Assembly (NCBI GenBank): GCA_903898215.1
Contig: CAIUEQ010000126.1
Span: 1-58,635 of the forward strand
Reading direction: 5' to 3'
DNA from: an uncultured Bacteroidota bacterium
Lineage (GTDB): Bacteria; Bacteroidota; Bacteroidia; UKL13-3
Length of the DNA: 58,635 nt
The position numbers and the translations under genes are program-made. This document shows, one piece after another, positions 27,775 to 36,280 of the stretch. A model generated the notes under the pieces. The model was not told where the DNA came from, made no database searches, and worked only from the letters and a program-made list of their open reading frames with translations. Within the stretch, counting starts at the first letter, position 1; every line of letters begins with the position of its first letter.

Positions 27775-30047
27775 TGCCCGCAACTTTTTATACACTCTTT
27801 GGCTTGTTGCTTTTCTTGTGGAGATAAACCATCAAAATCTTTTGTCAGATCAAGATAAAAAACAGCTTTATCACAATCTTTAATTCTGAAATAAAGAAAT
27901 CCAAGATTGCTCATAATAATTGGGTTGTTTGGATTTAACCTGTCAGCTTTTTTATAATAGTTAATTGCTGTTTCAATATTTTTATTTTGCTGAGAACCTC
28001 CTTGGTTTGCCATGGATGTTGTTGCTTCGGCAGCATATAAACAAGCGTTCAAATTTTCTTTATCAAGAGATATCGCTTTGTCGAAATTTTTTATTGCCTC
28101 TTTATATCGTTGTTCTCTAAATGCGATAGCACCAAGATCCATATAAACTTGCGCATATTTCGAATTTTCCTTTAAGCTTTCCTTTAAAAAATATTTTGCC
28201 GAATCCATCAATACTGCATTGTTAGGAGTAGTATCATTGATTGATTTACTGAAATAAATTTGCCCCAAAAGATTGTTTGCAAGATATTTTTCTGAAGCGT
28301 TTTTTAACGATTTAAGCGCATAGCTTTTTACGAGTTCGTTATTTCCAAGCATGCTAAAAAATGTTGCCGCAAGAATATCGTTATCAACTTTTGAGTAATT
28401 GAATGGCTGATAAAACGGATTGAAAATTTTACTAATAGCAAATGCAAACTGAGATTGTGGCAATGGTTTACATTCATTAAGTATTGTTGTATTATTCTTT
28501 TCATTTTGTTTGATGTATACCGCAGCAACTGCATCTATATAGGCAAGCGAGTAAGTTGAGTCGGTATACAAAAATTTATGTAGTCTCGAAAACTGAGGAT
28601 TTGCAAGTACAACCGCAAAGTTAAAATGATACTGACTGTCGAGTTTATGAAATACTTCGGGATCATTTATTGCCTGAGCAAAAGTTTCAAAAAACTCTCC
28701 AGTAAAAACATCCAGATCACGCAAATCAATAAAGCTTTTGAATTGAGGAAAGTTTTTCCATAACAAATATGAGGAAGTTAAATAATCGCTTAAAGCATTT
28801 CCATTCAACTTTTTTTCTGCGATAAAATTTGCCGCACCTGACGGATTAATATTTGATAAAATTTCTAAACCATATCTATCATTTCTATTAAACCATTTAT
28901 AATATTTTCCGGATACCACACTCACATAAATAGCGATGCCAATAATGATATTGAAAATGTATAAATATTGAAATAACACTTTAAACTTTACACTTTTTAC
29001 TTTCGACTTGATTATCACCAAACCTAAATAAAATAAGGGTGTTGCAATGATGATAAAGAATGTGATGTTCCGGTAAGCTGTCGATGCAAGGAACAAAAAT
29101 GCACTAAGAAGCAGGATAATAACTGCTAACTTTTTTTGAATGATGAATGATAAAATTGATTCAGATTTTTTTCTGTTGGAGAAATATAAAAACACCAAAC
29201 CTAAAACAGAAACAATGAAAATAATTATAGCGATGTAAGCTTCTTTTTGCCAAAAAACATAGGTAGAAAAATCCATCAATTCGGTGGTGAATTTATTTTC
29301 AAATACCTGCCCGAAAATATTGAATGGCATCAATAACAAATCAATTCCGTTTGGATTGATGATGATGATTGCGAAGCTCAAAAAAGTTGCTAAGCTTAAT
29401 TGTAATGGCTTTTCAGCTTTCAGTTTTAATTTCTTTCCATAAAAAAATTCAAACCATGAAGAAGCTAGGAATATCATCATCAGCACAATTCCCATTCCGA
29501 ACGATTCGTGCATATTTGCCCACAAAAGTTGCAAAGGAATGAGCCAGAATATTGCTTTATTTTTAAGTTTTTGATGTCGGAATAAAATCAATAAAAATAT
29601 GGCAGCAAACAAATGACTGAACATTTCCGGACGGCCGATAATTCGATATTCGATTCCTACAATAGCAAGTAAGATTGAAAATATTAAGAGTGCATTTTTT
29701 TGAGGATGATCAATTTCAAATTGCTCAATAATTTGCTTACACAAAAGCAATAAGACATACACCAATAAACACGAAACAAGAAGTTGGATAAGGAAAATAC
29801 ATTCTGGTCCAAATGCTTTAGCCACTGACGCAAACAACACTTCGCTTCCCCATTTAATATTGATCCAAGGTTTGCCTTCAAACGTATAAGAAAAAACGTC
29901 CTGCTTCGGAACTTCGTGGTGTTCCAATATCCAATCACCGGTTTTTAATTGCCACCATAAATCAGGTTCACGCACATTTTTTAAACTGAACGCAATTGCT
30001 ATCAGAAAACAAATAATAAGCGGGAGTTTATTTTGAAGAAAACGCAT
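27771..30047 (-). CDS. Polytopic membrane protein with C-terminal TPR repeats (GT-C-like)
   Basis: 758 aa. The N-terminal motif is EPDLWWQLKTGDWILEHHEVPKQDVFSYT, followed by many TM helices. The C-terminal region of about 200 aa has TPR-like repeats (AQVYMDLGAIAFREQRYKEAIKNFDKAISLD...). Confidence 0.6.
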   Translation of the reverse strand: MRFLQNKLPLIICFLIAIAFSLKNVREPDLWWQLKTGDWILEHHEVPKQDVFSYTFEGKPWINIKWGSEVLFASVAKAFGPECIFLIQLLVSCLLVYVLLLLCKQIIEQFEIDHPQKNALLIFSILLAIVGIEYRIIGRPEMFSHLFAAIFLLILFRHQKLKNKAIFWLIPLQLLWANMHESFGMGIVLMMIFLASSWFEFFYGKKLKLKAEKPLQLSLATFLSFAIIIINPNGIDLLLMPFNIFGQVFENKFTTELMDFSTYVFWQKEAYIAIIIFIVSVLGLVFLYFSNRKKSESILSFIIQKKLAVIILLLSAFLFLASTAYRNITFFIIIATPLFYLGLVIIKSKVKSVKFKVLFQYLYIFNIIIGIAIYVSVVSGKYYKWFNRNDRYGLEILSNINPSGAANFIAEKKLNGNALSDYLTSSYLLWKNFPQFKSFIDLRDLDVFTGEFFETFAQAINDPEVFHKLDSQYHFNFAVVLANPQFSRLHKFLYTDSTYSLAYIDAVAAVYIKQNEKNNTTILNECKPLPQSQFAFAISKIFNPFYQPFNYSKVDNDILAATFFSMLGNNELVKSYALKSLKNASEKYLANNLLGQIYFSKSINDTTPNNAVLMDSAKYFLKESLKENSKYAQVYMDLGAIAFREQRYKEAIKNFDKAISLDKENLNACLYAAEATTSMANQGGSQQNKNIETAINYYKKADRLNPNNPIIMSNLGFLYFRIKDCDKAVFYLDLTKDFDGLSPQEKQQAKECIKSCGH

Positions 30048-30062
30048 GATTATATTTAGCGG

Positions 30063-30434
30063 CTAGGATAAATATAGAAATGACTGAGGTGGAAATAAAT
30101 TGTAATCTTTACGGATACACTTTGGTATTCGGTAAAGTTTTGTGTTTTTAATTTTTATAGCAAATCCGAGTTCTTTATCCCCGAAATATTCAAAGAAAAA
30201 ATCTTCTGAAATACCAGAATATTTTTTTGTCTTCTTCCAAAGTGTAACAAGATCATGTGTTATAATTTGATCAATTTCAAATTCTCCAATAATCTTTTGA
30301 ACTGGTGAAGAAGAGTATACAACAATTTTTTTTATATCAGGATTCTTAAAGATAGCTCTACGAAACTCATATTTCTTTGTGCCATCAAAGATCTTGTTAG
30401 CATATTCGGGTTTGATTGATAAGATTACTTTCAT
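30063..30434 (-). CDS. Stand-alone ASCH domain protein (COG4933-like)
   Basis: 123 aa. ILSIKPEYANKIFDGTKKYEFRR ... KIVVYSSSPVQKIIGEFEI ... GFAIKIKNTKLYRIP ... PPQSFLYL matches the small ASCH/PUA-like family as I recall it. Its start codon overlaps the upstream gene's stop in an ATGA at 30431-30434. Confidence 0.7.
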   Translation of the reverse strand: MKVILSIKPEYANKIFDGTKKYEFRRAIFKNPDIKKIVVYSSSPVQKIIGEFEIDQIITHDLVTLWKKTKKYSGISEDFFFEYFGDKELGFAIKIKNTKLYRIPKCIRKDYNLFPPQSFLYLS

Positions 30435-31930
30435 ATTCCAGACAAACTTATAAGTTTTTTAAGTGATTCCATTTCCATTTTATTTATTGTTCTGATAGCA
30501 TCCATATTAGAGAGTACTCCTTTGTCTAACATATCTTTCAAATGAGTTCTTTTTACAAAAGAGAACGCATAAAGGAAGTTGATAACAAATGGTCTATTAT
30601 TTGGTTTTCTTTCCCAATATTCTTTTAGTTCAACTTCTGTTAAAACAGTTCTTTTACGACAAATTTGAATTAATTTTTCAAGAGAATTTATATTGTTAAT
30701 AATATTTTCTACTATACCAATAGTCGTTGCAACTCCTGTATAAATTTTAGGTGCTCTATCTCCGCTTCTATAAAAAACAATAATATCACCAGATTTTAAA
30801 TCTCTATTAAAAGAATGAGAGATATATGATTTACTAATTGCATTTCTGTGCGGTTCGTTTTCTATAAAATCAGTAGGTGATTCCGTTCTTAAAATTGAAT
30901 CGGGAAATAATTCAGTGTGATATTCAGGACGTATAGGGATAATAAAAACATTAGCGTCTTCCGATAGCTTAGGGAAAGTTGTTTTCGGATTGGCTCTATC
31001 TGCTTTTTTGTTAAAGTCACGAGTATATACTTTCTCAATACCTGATGATGATGTTTTTTTTCCATGATATATAAAACCAAAATCTTCAAGCAAAGAAATC
31101 AGACGAAGTTGTTCTGGACTTCGGTCAAAAATTGTAACATAAATTTCGTCAACCTTAAATAGCCTTGCATTATCAAAAATAATTTTTAAAAAACGTTCGC
31201 CAAGTTTTATTCCATTGCTTGAAACTTTAAACGTACCAATTTTTAATCTCTTTTTTGGAGTAAATGTTGGAATTATGTTTTGATAATTTTCTTTTTCGTC
31301 CTCTTTTTTAATAAAAAGAAATGCGGATAATATTCCGTTATCATAACAGGTGTATGCAGGTTCATCAGACTTCTTATTAAACCATTTATCAAAGCCGTCA
31401 TAGTTAGAACGGAAACTATCAAAAAATGGATCATTTAAATTTATGTTTCCAAAATATTCTTTCTTAACAGCTAAAACTTTATAGTCAAATAAATCAGGGT
31501 TCTCAGCCCTTATTTTTTCAAGAAAACTATCTATTCGAAAAACTCTATCACTTATACCAAGCATTGCTGCTTTGGTGTGAATTTTTTTGTCTTCCGAAAT
31601 AAGTATATCAACTCGGTCACAGAAAACTTCATTAATTAGTTTTGTATCATCAAGGTCGTTAGGAACAGTATCAATTTTATCACTAACTTGTTTTACTTTT
31701 TCATTAAGGGGGGCTTCGGTTTTTAAGACATGATAATTTGCAAGTTTGACTTGCATTACTTTAGCATTATCTGAATTGATGTTTCTGTTAAGCTCATCAA
31801 CAGTTAGAGGATGAATACATTTTGTATAATGAAGTTTATCCAACCAATTAAATAATATTCCAATGTCTTGGTTAAGAATTCGACTGGCTTCTCTGTGAAT
31901 AATAATGTTGGTGTCGAGTAAAATTTTCAT
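30431..31930 (-). CDS. Three-domain protein: N-terminal PIN nuclease, central GNAT-like domain, C-terminal ASCH-like domain
   Basis: 499 aa.
- PIN: ILLDTNIIIH (D6), HPLTVDELNR (E46), NDLDDTKLI (D94/D95), ILISEDKKIHTKA (D114).
- Central region: DPFFDSFRSNYDGFDKWF ... KIGTFKVSSNGIKLGERFLKIIFDNA ... LISLLEDFGF resembles a GNAT beta4-alpha3 acetyl-CoA site.
- C-terminus: IIPIRPEYHTELF ... GDIIVFYRSGDRAPKIYTGVATTIGIVENI ... PFVINFLYAFSFVKRTHL parallels the downstream ASCH protein.

The ORF itself is confident; the domain calls were made by eye only. Confidence 0.6.
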   Translation of the reverse strand: MKILLDTNIIIHREASRILNQDIGILFNWLDKLHYTKCIHPLTVDELNRNINSDNAKVMQVKLANYHVLKTEAPLNEKVKQVSDKIDTVPNDLDDTKLINEVFCDRVDILISEDKKIHTKAAMLGISDRVFRIDSFLEKIRAENPDLFDYKVLAVKKEYFGNINLNDPFFDSFRSNYDGFDKWFNKKSDEPAYTCYDNGILSAFLFIKKEDEKENYQNIIPTFTPKKRLKIGTFKVSSNGIKLGERFLKIIFDNARLFKVDEIYVTIFDRSPEQLRLISLLEDFGFIYHGKKTSSSGIEKVYTRDFNKKADRANPKTTFPKLSEDANVFIIPIRPEYHTELFPDSILRTESPTDFIENEPHRNAISKSYISHSFNRDLKSGDIIVFYRSGDRAPKIYTGVATTIGIVENIINNINSLEKLIQICRKRTVLTEVELKEYWERKPNNRPFVINFLYAFSFVKRTHLKDMLDKGVLSNMDAIRTINKMEMESLKKLISLSGI

Positions 31931-31947
31931 ATGCTATTAATTTGATT

Positions 31948-33114
31948 CTAAAATAATTTATGATACGCTTTCATCCATCTGTCGGGCACTTCATCGGTTT
32001 GTGCCAATTGGTAATCGGCATAACTGCATGGCACTAAAAACATTCCTTTATGATTGCTGCGTTCTTTGGGATACGGCACTTCCATCCACCATCTTTCGGT
32101 GTAAATATTTTTATAGAACACAATTTCGTAATCGCTATTTTTAAATGTTGTGCGGTATTTCATGTACTCATTGCTATCGGCAACAGGGTAATCATTTTTG
32201 CGATTATAAAATCCATCAATAAAATACCAGATCATTTGAGAAAGCAATTTTGCACTTCTTCCTTCAATATCTTTTGTGGCATTCAGGTCATAAAAACCAA
32301 TGGATGAAAGTTCGTTGCTCATGCCGGCATAACGAGAAATCTGACAAGCTTCTTCGCCAAAAAGGCCATTAGGATTTGCTTCGACTGATGCAGGCGAATC
32401 AGCGGCACGAATACTGTTCATACTCATCACCATCATATTGGCATTTCGTAAAAGAGGTTCAGTGTCCTGAAGTTTATTGCGCATATTTCCCAAACGCATC
32501 ATGTCAAAATTCATCTTTTCAAATGAGTCTAAACTTTCTTGTTCAACAAAATAATTTTGATTTCCGATATGTACAATATTGAAAAGGTAATTTGGCTGAT
32601 GCGAAATTATTTTATACAAATACCCCGAATTGATGGGTGATTGTTCATTCTGTTTTAAATCAATTTTTGCATCAACAGAAGCAAGATTGAAATTTTGAAC
32701 AAGACCCTCATAGGCTGTATACTGTGCATAGGCAAGATCTTGAGCGCCTCCTAATATGATGGTGATAATTTTTTTCTCCAACAAATATTTTACACAACTG
32801 CTTAATGCAAAGAGGGTGTCATTTACACTTTCACCGGCTTCAATATTTCCAAGGTCGGCAATTTTAATTTCAAACTTTGGTTGAACTAATTTGTAAAAAT
32901 GTTTTCTTACTTCATCGGGAGAAATTGCAGTTCCTGTTTGGTCGTTCTGCATACGACCTTCTTTTACGCCAATAATTGCCAGTTGAATATTTTCAAGATC
33001 AGGAATTTTTTTTACATGAATATCCAGCACATTCACCAAACTTTTTGGAGAACTTTCCTGAATGGAATTAAACACTGTTTCACTTATCGGGCTGAGAAAA
33101 TCACTTAGTTGCAT
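31948..33114 (-). CDS. Arginase/formimidoylglutamase-family protein
   Basis: 388 aa. The N-terminal pattern (LSPISETVF...IHVKKIPDLENIQLAIIGVKEGR) and overall length match the Bacteroidota arginase-fold family as I recall it. Metal-ligand motifs not confirmed. Confidence 0.5.
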   Translation of the reverse strand: MQLSDFLSPISETVFNSIQESSPKSLVNVLDIHVKKIPDLENIQLAIIGVKEGRMQNDQTGTAISPDEVRKHFYKLVQPKFEIKIADLGNIEAGESVNDTLFALSSCVKYLLEKKIITIILGGAQDLAYAQYTAYEGLVQNFNLASVDAKIDLKQNEQSPINSGYLYKIISHQPNYLFNIVHIGNQNYFVEQESLDSFEKMNFDMMRLGNMRNKLQDTEPLLRNANMMVMSMNSIRAADSPASVEANPNGLFGEEACQISRYAGMSNELSSIGFYDLNATKDIEGRSAKLLSQMIWYFIDGFYNRKNDYPVADSNEYMKYRTTFKNSDYEIVFYKNIYTERWWMEVPYPKERSNHKGMFLVPCSYADYQLAQTDEVPDRWMKAYHKLF

Positions 33115-33125
33115 AATTTTTTATC

Positions 33126-34196
33126 TTGTGGCAAAATAGATTAATTTGCGGGTTCATTAATAAACATTTCCACACATTGATTGCAGTAAGCGGGGCAAAC
33201 GGTTTTTTAGGTTCGTATGTAGTTTGTATGTTGCTCGAAAAAGGCAATCAGGTTGTTGCGTTCAAGCGTGATAGGTCAAGTCTCGTTGAGTTTGAAAATA
33301 TTTTCTCAACATATTTTTCAGATAAAGAATCACATAAAAATTTAAAAAATAATTTAACATGGGTTGTTGCAGATGTGCTCGATATTCCATCTCTTGAGGC
33401 AGCTTTGACAAATGTTGATGAAGTTTATCATTGTGCAGCTATTGTTTCTTTTCTACAAAAACACCGAACAAAAATGATTGATGTGAATGTAGAAGGAACA
33501 AAAAATATGGTGAATATTTCCCTTCAAAAAGGTGTAAAAAAATTCTGTCATGTAAGTTCCATCGCAGCATTGGGTAGAGAAAAAAGTGGAGATGAAATTA
33601 CCGAAAAGTCAAAATGGGGTGAATCAAAAAACAACAGCAATTATGCAATAACTAAATACAAAGCAGAAATGGAAGTGTGGCGGGCAATTGAAGAAGGCTT
33701 GAATGCAGTGATCGTTAACCCCGGTGTGATTTTGGGTACCGGAGATTGGAACAAAGGCTCTTGTAAATTATTTAAATTGGTATGGAATGGAATGCCTTTT
33801 TATACCTTAGGTGCAAATGGTTATGTAGATGTAAAAGATGTTTCGAAAGCAATGATTGAACTGATGGAAAAAAATATTTCGCGAGAACGATTTATTTTAG
33901 TTGGGGAAAATTTGCAAATGAAAAAATATCTTGAGGATGTTGCTGTGAGTTTTGGAAAGAAAAAACCCACCATCGAAGCCGGGAAAAAACTTTCGCAAAT
34001 TGCCTGGAGGGTTGATGCTGCAAAAAGTTTTCTGTTTGGGAAAGAACCATCCATCACTAGAGAGACAGCCAGGGCGTCTCAAAACACATTTTATTATAAC
34101 AGCAATAAGATCAGTCAAAAAATAAATTTTAAATTTACACCGATGAATAAAACCATCGATGATATTTGTGCTAACTTTTTAAAACAACAATTATAA
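33126..34196 (+). CDS. NAD-dependent epimerase/dehydratase family protein
   Basis: Rossmann motif VSGANGFLGSY and YAITKYKAE (YxxxK). The start is uncertain: the ORF track uses the TTG at 33126, and an in-frame TTG at 33177 would give MIAVSGANGFLG. Confidence 0.75.
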   Translation: MWQNRLICGFINKHFHTLIAVSGANGFLGSYVVCMLLEKGNQVVAFKRDRSSLVEFENIFSTYFSDKESHKNLKNNLTWVVADVLDIPSLEAALTNVDEVYHCAAIVSFLQKHRTKMIDVNVEGTKNMVNISLQKGVKKFCHVSSIAALGREKSGDEITEKSKWGESKNNSNYAITKYKAEMEVWRAIEEGLNAVIVNPGVILGTGDWNKGSCKLFKLVWNGMPFYTLGANGYVDVKDVSKAMIELMEKNISRERFILVGENLQMKKYLEDVAVSFGKKKPTIEAGKKLSQIAWRVDAAKSFLFGKEPSITRETARASQNTFYYNSNKISQKINFKFTPMNKTIDDICANFLKQQL

Positions 34197-34197
34197 G

Positions 34198-34902
34198 ATG
34201 AAGAACATTTTTTTCGCAGCTATTGCTGCCACATTTTTATTTGCATGTAACCAAAATGCACCTCAACAATCAGCAAAAAACAATAACGAAACTTACAAGA
34301 AACTGTTCGACAAAAGCATGAACCTAAAAGATTATCATACCGCTATTATGGCAGTGCAAATGATGCTTATAGAAGATTCGACACAAGTAAATTATCGCGA
34401 TTCGTTACCCGAATTATATGCCGCATTAAATAATGTTGAAGCGGTTTCAAAAACTATTGATGCCACGCTTGCCCGTCATCCAAAAGATGAAAAGTTTCTT
34501 CAGGTAAAAGCGGTAGTTCAACAAGAAGAAAGCGATTATGAAGGCGTTTTAAAAACCTATTCAACGTTGTTTGAAACAACAAAAAAATTAACCTATTTAT
34601 ATCAAATAGGAACAATGCATTTTCAGGCAGGGAAATTAGCAGAGGCAGAAACTGTTGTTGATGAAGTGCTTGCCAAATCACCAAATAGCAGTGATAGTTT
34701 AGATATTTTTGTTAGCGAGCAACAAAAACAAAAAGTTCCGATTATGGCTGCAGCACTAAATTTTAAAGGATACATTTTTGCACAAAAAAGAGATATGGCG
34801 AATGCAAAAAAATATTTTGAAACAGCTATAAAAGTTTTTCCTGATTTTGTAATGGCAAAAAGAAATTTACAACAATTGATGGGTGGTGCTCCAAAAAGAT
34901 AA
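34198..34902 (+). CDS. TPR-repeat lipoprotein
   Basis: Signal peptide plus lipobox (AATFLFACNQ), with TPR-like helices in the C-terminal half (GKLAEAETVVDEVLAKSPN..., ANAKKYFETAIKVFPDF). Confidence 0.6.
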   Translation: MKNIFFAAIAATFLFACNQNAPQQSAKNNNETYKKLFDKSMNLKDYHTAIMAVQMMLIEDSTQVNYRDSLPELYAALNNVEAVSKTIDATLARHPKDEKFLQVKAVVQQEESDYEGVLKTYSTLFETTKKLTYLYQIGTMHFQAGKLAEAETVVDEVLAKSPNSSDSLDIFVSEQQKQKVPIMAAALNFKGYIFAQKRDMANAKKYFETAIKVFPDFVMAKRNLQQLMGGAPKR

Positions 34903-35049
34903 CAATATAATATTGTTTGAGGTTTGGAGTTAAAGCCAAATGTTATGGCAATAATATAAATTTATACAATAGCCCAGACTGTTAAGTCGGGGTATACGAA
35001 ATACCAATACGGAAAGGGTTTTAGCCCAACAATTAATTTGCGATTATAA

Positions 35050-35559
35050 ATGCAGATAAGACCGGCAAATACTAATGATGCAAACATTTTAGCTGAACTC
35101 GGAGCTAAAACATTTTATGAAACTTTTCGTGAATTTCACACAGAAGAAGATATGCAGCAGTATATCCAAAAAGCATACTCTGTTGATTTGATGACAGAAA
35201 ATTTATCGAAAGAAAGCATTCAATACTTTATTGCTTTTGATGAAGACAAACCGATTGGATATTTGAAGTTGATTAAAGATGCATCGCACGAAAAATTGAC
35301 ATCGCAAAAAAATATTGAGCTCGAAAAAATTTATGTGCTGAAAGAATATCTTGATAAAAAAGTTGGCAAAGAATTGATGTTACAGGCTATCAACTTTTCA
35401 AAACAAAACAATTTTGAAACCTTGTTTCTTGGCGTTTGGCAAGAGAATCATCGTGCGGTTAATTTCTATAAAAAATTTGGTTTCGAAACTTTTACCATCA
35501 GAACATTTCAACTTGGAGAAACTTTATGTGATGATTTTTTGATGAAACTAAACTTATAA
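35050..35559 (+). CDS. GNAT family N-acetyltransferase
   Basis: 169 aa with KIYVLKEYLDKKVGKELM (motif A region) and NHRAVNFYKKFGFE. Confidence 0.85.
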   Translation: MQIRPANTNDANILAELGAKTFYETFREFHTEEDMQQYIQKAYSVDLMTENLSKESIQYFIAFDEDKPIGYLKLIKDASHEKLTSQKNIELEKIYVLKEYLDKKVGKELMLQAINFSKQNNFETLFLGVWQENHRAVNFYKKFGFETFTIRTFQLGETLCDDFLMKLNL

Positions 35560-35719
35560 ATTTTGTGGTTTAGGATAAGCCCGATTGGCTGATATTTTTA
35601 TAGTCTGTTATAAAATTGCAAGTAAACCCCCAATGGGGTGATATTATTTCACTCCTTCGGAGTTATGGATTTATTGGAGTCTTTTTTACAATCATTTCAT
35701 CCCTTCGGGATTATCTAAA

Positions 35720-36280
35720 TTATAATTTCCCTTCCAGCATCATCAACTTTGCTTTTAAAACTGCAACAACTGTTAAACTATCAGTAATTTTTCCGCTTAA
35801 AACCTGTTCATACAATTCGTCAAAATGAATTTTCTTTACATGTAATTCTTCATCCTCTCCCGGTTGCGATTTGGTGAAAGTTAATCCTTGAGCAATATAT
35901 AAATACGCCTTTTCATCCGTTGCCGAATTACTCAATTGCATGTGTTGGATAAAGGTAAATTTATTTGCGATGATGCCACATTCTTCTTCCAGTTCGCGCT
36001 TTGCCGAGTCAAGTGGATCAATAGCTAACTGACCGCCACCTTCGGGAATTTCCCACGTAAACATATTAAATGGATATCGATATTGACCAACGATCCAGGT
36101 ATAATTATTCTCATCAAGAGGAAGAACTCCAATTGCTAAATTTTTAAAATGAACAACAGAATACGTTCCGGGATTTCCTGCAGGATTTAAAACATCGTGA
36201 TGTGAAACACTAATCCATGGTGATTCATACACCTCTTTTTTATTTAATAATGTCCATGGATTTTTTTCTTCGTCTATCAT
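35720..36280 (-). CDS. NUDIX hydrolase (ADP-ribose pyrophosphatase-like)
   Basis: 186 aa with the Nudix box GGGQLAIDPLDSAKRELEEECGI. Confidence 0.85.
   Translation of the reverse strand: MIDEEKNPWTLLNKKEVYESPWISVSHHDVLNPAGNPGTYSVVHFKNLAIGVLPLDENNYTWIVGQYRYPFNMFTWEIPEGGGQLAIDPLDSAKRELEEECGIIANKFTFIQHMQLSNSATDEKAYLYIAQGLTFTKSQPGEDEELHVKKIHFDELYEQVLSGKITDSLTVVAVLKAKLMMLEGKL

Noticed and set aside
30063-31930. Low GC content of the PIN/GNAT/ASCH cassette as evidence of horizontal acquisition
   Set aside because: Hand counts of single 60-nt lines gave 15/60 and 16/60 G+C in the cassette against 25/60 in a carB line. A line in the adjacent TPR membrane gene also gave 16/60. Composition does not discriminate without a proper windowed calculation.
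35616-35828. 70-aa plus-strand ORF in the GNAT/NUDIX spacer
   Set aside because: It starts at a non-ATG codon. It is built from the hairpin repeats (SLLRSYGF, SSLRDYL translations of the stems) and then runs antisense into the NUDIX gene.
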